A stretch of DNA of 22,641 nucleotides. It comes from Octopus sinensis. Taxonomy: Eukaryota. The position numbers and the translations under genes were made by a program. This document shows, piece by piece, positions 10,131 to 19,769 of this stretch (within the stretch, counting starts at the first letter, position 1; each line of letters begins with the position of its first letter). The notes under the pieces are model-generated. The model ran no database searches. It saw nothing but the letters and a program-made list of their open reading frames with translations, and was not told the DNA's origin. The stretch lies in assembly GCF_006345805.1 (NCBI RefSeq), contig NW_021836751.1, forward strand, positions 1-22,641, given 5' to 3'.

Positions 10131-10325
10131 TTTGTGTGTGTTTTTGTGTGTGTTTCACTGTGTGTCTGTGTGTGTATATATATAGAGAAAGAGAAAGTAA
10201 GAGAGAGATAGACAGAGAGACAGAAATAGAAAAATTATAGATAAATAGATAGATGGATAGATAGATAGATAAAGAGAGAGGAACAGTGAGAGAGAGATGG
10301 AGAGAGAGATGGAGAGAGAGAGACA
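9970..10325. repeat. Compound (TA)n/(GT)n/(GA)n/(GATA)n
   Basis: Visible directly. Confidence 0.9.
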
Positions 10326-10994
10326 GTTAGTTAAAAATGCTTTATACTGAATAAAAAACCCCAAATTTAGTTTCATGCAGTATCTTAAATGGTATCCATT
10401 AATGCAAAATATAAAGAAATCCCCCCCACTCTTCTGTTTCCTGCCGTTTTATTTTCTTGCAATTGTAATAACCGACATTTAATTCGTCTCGTCAGAGAGT
10501 TAATAAATTGATTCTTACTGGCATTTGGAGGTTCGATCTCTCATTATCTTTATCTGTCCGGAGGCAAAAGTCGTATTGGAAGAAGAATATAGGTTTACGG
10601 AAATAAGTCACGATATTTTTCCCCGAGAAGATATTTAGGATCTTGATATTGACTTTAAGGATTTCTTGTATAATCTCTTAGATTAAGATTCCTCGAGGCA
10701 TTGGCACCGATAGTGAAAGTGATTTATTTCTGCCAGGAATCGAAACCAATTTGGAGAATCAGGTTGAATTATCTGTTCATGTAGAACATTCTAAAAATTT
10801 GCCAGAAATCGATTTCTTGTAAAGAAACTCGTTATTATGTGTGGTCAGCACGATCCTTTTTCTACTAAGTCGTTTTGGGTTCGACTTTATTGCACGGCAC
10901 TTTAGAAGTACTCCTTAGATTACCACAACCTTCTAAAGGAATTTTGCAAACGGAACATATATACAAAATGCACGCGCGTATGTATTTATATATT

Positions 10995-11153
10995 TATTTC
11001 TTTACTACCCACAAGGGGCTAAACACAGAGGGGACAAACAAGGACAGACAAAGGGATTAAGCCGATTATATCGACCCCAGTGCGTATCTGGTACTTAATT
11101 TATCGACCGCGAGAGGATGAAAGGCAAAGTCGCCCACGGCGGAATTTGAACTC
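10995..11153 (-). mobile_element. SINE family C, 5'-truncated (B-box to tail)
   Basis: Reverse complement aligns ungapped to 12424-12582 with 12 mismatches in 159 nt by my count. Confidence 0.9.
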
Positions 11154-11750
11154 GGTATGTATTTATATATTAGTATATGTCTACAGCTTTATCTATCTAT
11201 ATTCAGAACGAAGTTTTGTCAGTGAACAAGTCGCGGTCTCAAAGCGACGAAAATATTTTGACAAATTAAATTAAATGTTGAAGTGAATCTAACGGTTTTC
11301 ATGTTATTCTTAATTGTTGCAATTACGCTGCAATTGTTTTCGTTTCAGCACACGATCTCAGATCAAGTCACTCGCTATGCAAGTACATCTCTGTATTATC
11401 TATATTCTGTTTTCATTTAATTCAAATGTTCCCATGAGGAAAGAACTGATTTCTAACAAAGATACAAAGTGTCATCGTTGGAAAGTAGACAGCAGGAACA
11501 AATTCACATATTGAAATTAAGAAAATTCTTCCATATTTTTATTGTCCCTCTTACAGGATGTAACTGTAAGATGAGTTTTAACTGATTTTTTTTTTTCTGA
11601 AAACTGGAATTTACTCAGGGGAACCAATTATCATTGGTAGAATTTCGCATTTATAATCTGGTGTTTATGAATTTATGTATGTACGTTTATGTAAGAAAAA
11701 GAGACGAAACCTGATGCAACCGTGCAAGGAGCATCCTCCATATGATGATA

Positions 11751-11875
11751 ATGATGATGAGGGGGCGGAGAATAAGTAGAATGGTGATGGGGATGCTGAT
11801 GACGATGATGATGATGATGATGGAAATAGTTATGATTATAACGATAATGGCGACGACGACGATGTTTAAGTTAGT
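11751..11875 (+). repeat. 125-bp dispersed direct duplication, copy 1
   Basis: Ungapped match to 19913-20037 with 8 mismatches. Confidence 0.9.
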
Positions 11876-11919
11876 CTCAAAATTAACGCCGTTTATGCCT
11901 AAATTATCTTAGATCAATC

Positions 11920-12180
11920 AATCAAACAATCACTCATTCACTCACTCATTCATCACTCACTCACTCACTCAATCAATCAATCAATCATTTAATCAGTCAG
12001 TCTATTTGTCTGTGTCTGTCTATATAATTACCTACCTATATACACATCCGTCCATCCATCCATCCATCCATCCATCCATCCATCCATACATCAATCCATC
12101 CATCCATCAATCTCTCTCTCTCCCACCAACTCTCTCTTACTCTCTCCCCGCTGTCTCTCTTTCTCTCTCCCTCTCTCTCT
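11920..12180. repeat. (TCAA)/(TCAC)/(CCAT)/(CT) compound microsatellite
   Basis: Visible directly. Confidence 0.85.
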
Positions 12181-12351
12181 ATGTACATAAGTATACACAT
12201 ACGCACACATATATAAGAACTCTTCTCGAAAAAGATATTCTGAACTTGCTGTTCATGGAAATTTGATATAATCATCCTTTTATTGTTGAACACGCTAATT
12301 TAATAAAATACACGCACCCACACACACATATATATGCATATGTATATATAT

Positions 12352-12582
12352 GGCGGCGAGCTGGCAGAAACGTTAGCACGCCGGGCGAAATGCGTAGCCG
12401 TATTTCGTCTGCCGTTACGTTCTGAGTTCAAATTCCGCCGAGGTCGACTTTGCCTTTCATCCTTTCTGGGTCGATAAATAAAGTACCAGTTTCGCACTGG
12501 GGTCGATGTAATCGACTTAATCCCTTTGCCTGTCCTTGTGTGTCCCCTCTGTGTTTAGCCCCTTGTGGGTAGTAAAGAAATA
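12352..12582 (+). mobile_element. Full-length tRNA-derived SINE, family C
   Basis: tRNA-like head (tggcagaaacgttagc; B-box gagttcaaattcc), central ggtcgactttgcctttcatcctttc..ggtcgataaa..aagtaccag domain of the kind shared across SINE superfamilies, tail ending in AT. A second copy lies at 10995-11153. Confidence 0.9.
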
Positions 12583-12759
12583 TATATGCATATGCACATA
12601 TATGTACACACACACATACTTCGGATTAAAACTGACATGAAAAATATAATACATAAGGCAGGAGTTTAATCTGGTTTCTAAGGCGTGTAGATGACCGAGA
12701 TTACACGGTTCCCTTCAGTAACGTACCATTGCCTCACAGGGATTCCCAGTTATTGATGG

Positions 12760-13305
12760 GATTCAAAAGCTGAGTGGATTGCGGCGACGTGAAATGAAGT
12801 GTTTTGCTCAAGAACACAACGTACCACTCGGTCCAAGAATCAAAACTACGTCTTTTACGATTGTGAGTGTAACATCTTAATGTGGAGGCGCAATGGCCTA
12901 GTGGTTAGGGCAGCGGACTCGCGGTCATAGGATCGCGGTTTCGATTCCCAGACCGGGCGTTGTGAGTGTTTATTGAGCGAAAACACCTTAAAAGCTCCAC
13001 GAGGCTCCGCAGGGGATGGTGGTGATCCCTGCTGTACTCTTTCACCTACAACTTTCTCTCACTCTTTCACTCTTACTTCCTGTTTCTGTTGTACCTGTAT
13101 TTCAAGGGGCCGGCCTTGTCACTCTCTGTGTCACAACTGAATATCCCCGAGAACTACGTTAAGGGTGCACGTGTCTGTGGATTGCTCAGCCACTTAGACG
13201 TTAATTTCACGAGCAGGCTGTTCCGTTGATTCGGATTAACCGGAACCCTCATCGTCGCAACCGACGGAGTGCTTCCATCCAACATCCTAATACATAGGCT
13301 ACCTG
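12760..13305 (-). mobile_element. Older CORE-like SINE (family D), interrupted by a family B insertion
   Basis: gtgaaatgaagtgttttgctcaagaacac is a reverse CORE-like box, followed by a degenerate reverse tRNA head (ggtccaagaatcaaaac) that appears to resume after 13291. Confidence 0.55.
12882..13280 (+). mobile_element. Full-length tRNA(Arg-like)-derived SINE, family B, with TSD
   Basis: A-box tggcctagtgg and B-box ggtttcgattccc; CpG-rich; 11-bp TSD aacatc(t/c)taat at 12871-12881 and 13281-13291. A second copy lies at 15447-15834. Confidence 0.9.
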
Positions 13306-14269
13306 TACAGCAGTGGCATGTTTCCGTACAGTTCTGTGCACCAAATTCTTTTCAAAGTTCATTAGTATGTTCTCTGGTTGCTGTAGAAGATGCAAACCGC
13401 GGGATGATCAAGACGATTTCTGTCCAACATGGTTGCCGATCGAACATTGTAACCACACGGCCATGCGCTTGCTTTCACAGCGCATCTACGCCACGGTTTA
13501 TATTCAGTCTGGGCTGGTCTTTGTATTTTTGTTTCCGTTTCTGTTTTTTTGTGTTCTGCTTCTGAAATATATTTTTGAACAAGTTTAACGGAATGTTAGG
13601 TTTGTATTTTGTTAAGAGTAGAAAATAAAACAGCAGGCGATGTCTGAAGTATATAATCATGTTTGTTAACATATTTATAGAAATAGAATTTTCAAAATTA
13701 AGTTTTATCACATTTCTCTTTAAAACTTTTATCAATTCAGCGATGTGATAAAAGTAAAAGAAAAAAAAAAAAACAACAACAACAACAAAAAACTCAAAAG
13801 TCCCCCAAAACAAAGCAAAATAGAAGAGAAAAAAAAAAAACTAAGAATATAAGAAAAAAAAAATGCTAAGAGAGAAAGTATAAGAAAATAGATGAAAAGA
13901 AAAGGAAGAAGAAGAGAAAAGAAACAAGAAATGAAAGAAAGAGAGAAGACAAAGGCTTATAAACAACTGAAGAAAAATCTGAAAAATCGAAACTGAAAAA
14001 TATACTACGCACATATGTATTGTATGCATGTATGTATTTGTGCGTATGTATGTGTGTATGTATGTGTGCGTATATACATACATATATAACTATATGTGAA
14101 TATATATTAGTATATATATATATATATAGCGATATCTCTCCCTATATATATACATATATATGCACCTAAGTTTATATATATATATATACGTACATATATA
14201 TATATGTATGCGTAATATCTATCTATATAGATAGATAGCTAGATAGATATATGCGTGTGTATATGTATG

Positions 14270-14313
<44 letters not shown>

Positions 14314-14850
14314 TACACATATATTTACGCACTCACACACATTTAGAAAATATTAAACACACCCACATACATCTAAGGATAATTGTATATGCGTGCACAT
14401 ATTTATGTACATAGACACACGAGTATATACTCATATATATATATATGTGTGAGTTTGTGTGCATTTGTGCGTATGCGCGTGTATGTGTGTATATTTTTTT
14501 GTGAGTGCGAGTGTGTGTGTATGTGTGGTTGTTTGTGCGTAATGAGTGTATGATAAAGATTTACACACCTGCAACATATTGCTTAAAAATTGAAAACCTC
14601 AGGAATCCCTGAATACCGAAATACATAGAATGAGTTCAGAGAGATACCCAAGCACTTGAAAAACATTACTAAAGACACGCGCAGAAGCTTTATATATTTA
14701 GATAATTCAGAAACTTTGTAATTTCATTCCTGGTAAACTTAAACAATATTCACCTCCAGAGATCTTATACAGCGAGATAATACCAGAAATCTTCAATTGC
14801 CTGATAATTCCAGAAACTCATGGTACCAAAATACTTCCAGAAATCGTAGA

Positions 14851-15014
14851 TAGTCGCAGTGGTGGATGTGTGGTTAGAAGTTTGCTTCCCAACAACGTGG
14901 TTCCAGATTCAGTCCCATTGCGTGGGACCTCGGGCAAATGTCTTCTATCATAGCCTTGGACTGACCAAAGCGGGGTGAGTTGATTTGGTTGACAAAAACA
15001 GAAAGTAGCCCGAC

Positions 15015-15015
<1 letters not shown>
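14851..15015 (+). mobile_element. SINE family A, full length
   Basis: A-box-like tggatgtgtgg, B-box-like agattcagtccc, CORE-like cctcgggcaaatgtctt, tail running into (TA)n. Confidence 0.85.
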
Positions 15016-15060
<45 letters not shown>

Positions 15061-15063
<3 letters not shown>

Positions 15064-15446
15064 CAATTAATCAATATAGGGTAGCAAAAATTCCATAAAA
15101 ATTTATTGCCACCAGCGGTCTAGTGAGAAAGAGAAAATAGTCAAAGACTATATATATAAATTCAAACAACAATTGAGGAATGGCCTTAATAGGCCATTCG
15201 ACCCACTGGAAAGAGCAGCCAGGACTCAAACCGCCAAGTAGTAGTAATTCAGAAATTAGAGAAAATTTAAAAACATTTACCCTATATATATATATATATA
15301 CATACAAAAATTCAGTGAATGGAGCAGGTAAAATGCATGCTACATATGTTTCCTCGTTAGCATATCGTGGGAAGTAATAATAACTCAAAGAGCAGTACTC
15401 TACTGGCTACTCATCAGACCGAAGCTACCTTTGTTAAATTACATAT
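15061..15446. mobile_element. (TA)n-flanked element, possible Penelope-like terminal-repeat relic
   Basis: Once the SINE B insertion is removed it is bounded by (TA)n on both sides. It contains a 9-bp hairpin (15178-15199) and hammerhead-like remnants (GAA-ACAUAUGU-A at 15352-15341; CUGAUGA at 15417-15411 on the minus strand). Confidence 0.3.
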
Positions 15447-15834
15447 TTTGTGGAAGCACTCCGTCGGTTACGACGACGAGGGTTCCGGTTGATCCGAATC
15501 AATGGAACAGCTTGCTCGTGAAATTAACGTGCAAGTGGCTGAGCACTCCACAGACACATGTACCCTTAACGTAGTTCTCGGGGATATTCAGCGTGACACA
15601 GAGAGTGACAAGGCCGGCCCTAAATAACAGGTACAAACAGAAACAGGAAGTAAGAGTGAGAGAAAGTGGTGGTGAAATAGTACAGCAGCGATCACCACCA
15701 TCCCCTGCCGGAGCCTCGTGGAGCTTTTATGTGTTTTCGCTCAATAAACACTCACACGCCCGGTCTGGGAATCGAAACCGCGATCCTATGACCGCGAGTC
15801 CGCCGCCCTAACCACTGGGCCATTGCGCTTCCAC
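15447..15834 (-). mobile_element. Full-length SINE family B with perfect 12-bp TSD
   Basis: Reverse complement is colinear with 12882-13277 (roughly 90-93% by manual alignment). TSD taaattacatat at 15435-15446 and 15836-15847. Confidence 0.92.
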
Positions 15835-15989
15835 CTAAATTACATATATATATATATGTGTGTTGTGTGTGTGTGTGTATAATATATATATATACATACA
15901 CGACGTATATACATATATCGATATAACTCGATATTGGGAGGATATATATACACACACACAACACACACGATAATATATATACACACATA

Positions 15990-16140
15990 CAACGGGCTCT
16001 TCAGTTTCCGTCTAACAAACCACTCATGGCTTGGTCGGCTCGAGGTTGAGGCATACAAACAACACACCATGCACACACGCACACTGACCTGGAACCATAT
16101 GATTCCTAGCAGCACTACCACACAGCCACTCGTACGCTTA
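15990..16140 (-). mobile_element. SINE family A, degenerate copy
   Basis: aacgggctcttcagtttccgtc tail and ccacacagccactc head match the other family A copies. Confidence 0.7.
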
Positions 16141-16143
16141 TTA

Positions 16144-16265
16144 TCGTATAATGTATATATTATATATCATATATATATATATAAGGTATATATATATAAT
16201 ATATATATATATAACACATATATATATAATCTATATATATATAATATATCTATATCTATATATCT

Positions 16266-16338
<73 letters not shown>

Positions 16339-16508
16339 TATATATATATATATATTATATATATATATAATTTCTATATATATATAATACAAAGTATATA
16401 ATTTAATATGATCTTATATATATATATTATATAAATATATATATAATATAATATACATATTATATAAATAGTTATATATATATATATAGATATTATATAT
16501 ATATATAC
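16144..16508. repeat. Long imperfect (TA)n tract
   Basis: About 360 nt, almost entirely A/T. Confidence 0.95.
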
Positions 16509-16510
16509 AT

Positions 16511-16791
16511 TACTCTCTAGTTTCAGCTTAGGCTGTCGGCCATAGGAAGCACTTGCCGTTTTTGTACACTGTTATACTAAGAGCCTCCTCTAATATGTGG
16601 CTCTTGGTGAAGAATGGTGTTTGATATAGCTACCCTCATTTGCACCTCTTGCCGTGAGGTAGGTTCATCTGGGACTCTCGACCGGAAGAGGTCCGGCTTT
16701 GATTTAAAAATCCCTGCATCTACTTTGTGCAAGTTCCTCAGACTCTTTGGAGAATATTAAGAAGATGTGCGCCCTTGAAACCGTGCTGTTT

Positions 16792-16792
<1 letters not shown>
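16511..16792 (-). mobile_element. CR1/L2-like LINE 3' fragment (ORF2 C-terminus plus 3' UTR)
   Basis: With one frameshift it reads GFKGAHLLNIL/PKSLRNLHKVDAGIFKSKPDLFRSRVPDEPTSRQEVQMRVAISNTILHQEPHIRGGS* (stop at 16579-16577). This resembles the G..LFN.LP..LR...FK..LD.FL..VPDEP...R...SNS C-terminus of these LINEs. Confidence 0.75.
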
Positions 16793-16845
<53 letters not shown>

Positions 16846-16872
16846 TTTATTTAAAGCAGCAGAAAATTATAC

Positions 16873-16918
16873 AAAACCTGTTCCTCGGATTTCCCGTTGC
16901 CGTTCATCGGACAGTTTT
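16873..16918 (-). ncRNA. Inverted, damaged copy of the hammerhead-like motif
   Basis: Same core and stems I/II, but stem III reads AUCCGAGG-A, so the U16.1 position is lost. Confidence 0.35.
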
Positions 16919-16923
16919 TGCAA

Positions 16924-16970
16924 AAAACTGTCCGATGAACGGCAACGGGAAACTCAGAGTAACAGGTTTT
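16924..16970 (+). ncRNA. Minimal type I hammerhead-like motif, C4 core variant
   Basis: aaaactgt-CCGAUGA-a-cg(gcaa)cg-g-GAA-ACUCAGAGU-A-acag(g)tttt: stem I 4+4 bp, GNRA-capped stem II, stem III, GUA triplet. Confidence 0.5.
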
Positions 16971-17067
16971 GTTGAATTTTCTGCTGCTTTAAATAAAGCA
17001 TATTACTCTACCGCTGGTATTTGAGTACTCTTTTTTCCACCTTGTTTCACATTTATGTGTTTACTCC

Positions 17068-17108
<41 letters not shown>

Positions 17109-17676
17109 ATTAGTGAGGGATTATCAATTAGGACAAAGTACTTTATAAGCTCTCTGCTTGCACACCATGCTAAAAATATTGTTTAGATAAGTAAAGAACT
17201 TCGCATATACATGTGACAAGGCCTGAGATTATAGTACATCACCATATTTAAAACCCATGGATATATTTCAGTTATACTGTTTTTCTACAGAGTAATATAC
17301 AAGACAATTCATACGTAATGATCATTACATATTTTGTCCTTTTAAGAGATTTGACTTAGAGTTGTTTCCGGTTGTCATTATAGGTTCGTTATCGAATGGT
17401 TTTTTTATTCAACCGGTCCACTGCTTGTTTGAGAAAAATTGATCAACCTAGAGAATTAATGCTACTCTCGTCAGAGTAATTTTGTTCTGGTTATAACAAA
17501 GCAAAACACTGAAAGATTGATACATGAATCGTCAGGGGAGTGGAGAGAGGTAATAAGTATAAGGTGAATGGGGGAAAAGATAACGAGAAAAGGGGGCAGA
17601 ACAGTAATGAGTTAGGAAAGGAGGGAGTAAAAGGAAGAGGAGAGAAAAAGAAGAGGGGGAAGGAATAGAAAGAAGA

Positions 17677-18139
17677 ACACACACACACACACACGCACAC
17701 ACACACACGCACGCACACACACGCACACACACACACACATATACACACACGCACGCACACACACCACACACGCACACACACACGCACACACACACAACAC
17801 ACACACGCACCACACACACACAACACACACCACCCACACACACACACACACAGAAACGCGCGCACACACACACACCACACACGCACGCACACACAACACA
17901 CACACGCACACACACACACACACGCACGCACACACACACACGCACGCACACACACACACACACACACGCACACACACACACGCACGCACACACACACACA
18001 CACGCACGCACACACACACACACACACGCACACACACACACGCACGCACACACACACACACACATGTGCTTGTAAGTAAAAAAAATGACGTTCGTAAAGG
18101 TGTATGTTATATGTGCCGATTTATATTCATATCGTTTAC

Positions 18140-18173
<34 letters not shown>

Positions 18174-18437
18174 GAATTTCTGTGTGTGTGTCTGTGTCCC
18201 TGTATTTGATGTAATATTTATATATTTCTACGTGTCTGTAGACTACTCAGCCATTTTAAATTTACGAGAAATCCTATTGGTCAAACAAGTGAACGCTTGG
18301 CTTCACTGGCGACAAGACGTTAACAATATATTTAGATAAACTCACACAACACACACACACACACACCACACACACACACACACACCACACACACTCACAC
18401 ACTCACACACACACACACACACACACTCACACACACA

Positions 18438-18474
<37 letters not shown>

Positions 18475-18494
18475 ACACACACACACACACACAC

Positions 18495-18541
<47 letters not shown>

Positions 18542-18635
18542 TCACACACACACACACACACACTCACACACACACACTCACACCACACACTCACACTCAC
18601 ACACACACACACACCTCACCTGGCACACACTCACA

Positions 18636-18664
<29 letters not shown>
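17677..18664. repeat. Two long (CA)n/(CACG)n/(CACT) arrays
   Basis: 17677-18063 and 18342-18664. Confidence 0.95.
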
Positions 18665-18668
<4 letters not shown>

Positions 18669-18719
18669 GGCATATACATATGGATGTAGGTCGTTATACA
18701 TGTTTATAGATTTATTTAT

Positions 18720-18915
18720 GAATATATATATATATATATAAAATATATCTATATATATGAATATACATACATATATATATCTAGCTACATATCTATATCT
18801 CTATAGGTATAGGTACGTACGTATGTATGTGTGTATATATAGGTGTATATAGATACATATGCATGTATGTGTGTATTTATATATATATATATATATATAT
18901 TACATTATAATATGT

Positions 18916-18959
<44 letters not shown>

Positions 18960-18989
18960 GTATATATATATAGTATATATATATATATT

Positions 18990-19027
<38 letters not shown>

Positions 19028-19130
19028 ATATACATTATATATATATATGTATATGTATTATATATAATATATAATATATATTAAAATATCTTCATACATA
19101 CACATACATATGTATGCATACACACACACA
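18720..19130. repeat. (TA)n/(TATATG)n low-complexity region
   Basis: Visible directly. Confidence 0.85.
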
Positions 19131-19504
19131 TGCGTCCCGAGAGAGAGTCAGTTTCTACACTTACATATTTGAAAATGATGTATTATTACACCTAATCATT
19201 GTTCTGTGGAGTAGAAAACAAGAATATAAAGAAAGGAGATCCCCCATTACCGTCGCCACCACCACCATAAACAGCACCAACTCTCGCACCACCATCACCG
19301 CCGCCACCAGCACCAGAACCACCACCAGCACCACCCACCACCACCACCATTAGCATCTGCATCGCAACAGCAACTTCAACATCTGCTAAGAACAAGAATA
19401 TGCAAGAATATATTTTTAATGCTAAAAATTTACGAAAGTAACAACGAAGAGTAAACGAAATAATAATGGCGGCTTAAGTTTTGTAGCATCTCTGCTGCTT
19501 GCTG

Positions 19505-19704
19505 CTGCTGCTGGCGCTGCTGCTGGCGCTGCTGCTGGCGCTGCTGCTGGCGCTGCTGCTGGCGCTGCTGATGGCGCTGCTGCTGGCGCTGCTGCTGGCG
19601 CTGCTGCTGGCGCTGCTGCTGGCGCTGCTGCTGGCTGCTGCTGCGCTGCTGCTGCTGCTGGCGCTGCTGGCGCTGCTGCTGCGCGCTGCTGCTGCTGGTG
19701 CTGA
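19505..19704. repeat. GC-rich 12-bp minisatellite (CTGCTGCTGGCG)n
   Basis: Ten consecutive units at 19505-19624 (one with ATG), then degenerate units. Confidence 0.95.
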
Positions 19705-19769
19705 CTGATGAACTTTTCTGCTTGCTGTGCAAGATGATAAAAGGTAACTGCTGCTGATATTGTAATTGA

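Larger units (their letters stand above)
16845..17069 (+). mobile_element. Penelope-like terminal-repeat element with an inverted partial copy (spacerless palindrome), in (TA)n
   Basis: 16845-16920 is the reverse complement of 16921-16998 (4 substitutions, 2 single-base indels). Hammerhead motif followed by AATAAA (16992-16997). (TA)n on both flanks. Confidence 0.6.

Noticed and set aside
11545-11571. Possible 9-nt microexon (ttacag/GATGTAACT/gtaaga)
   Set aside because: The donor is weak, and the block 11280-11640 looks like an interspersed repeat to me (unverified). There is no host gene to place it in.
12352-12960. tRNA genes at the A/B-box-containing heads
   Set aside because: No complete cloverleaf or acceptor stem; each head continues into a SINE body present in several copies.
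14216-14237. 22-bp perfect palindrome tatctatctatatagatagata
   Set aside because: A simple head-to-head (TATC)/(GATA) microsatellite.
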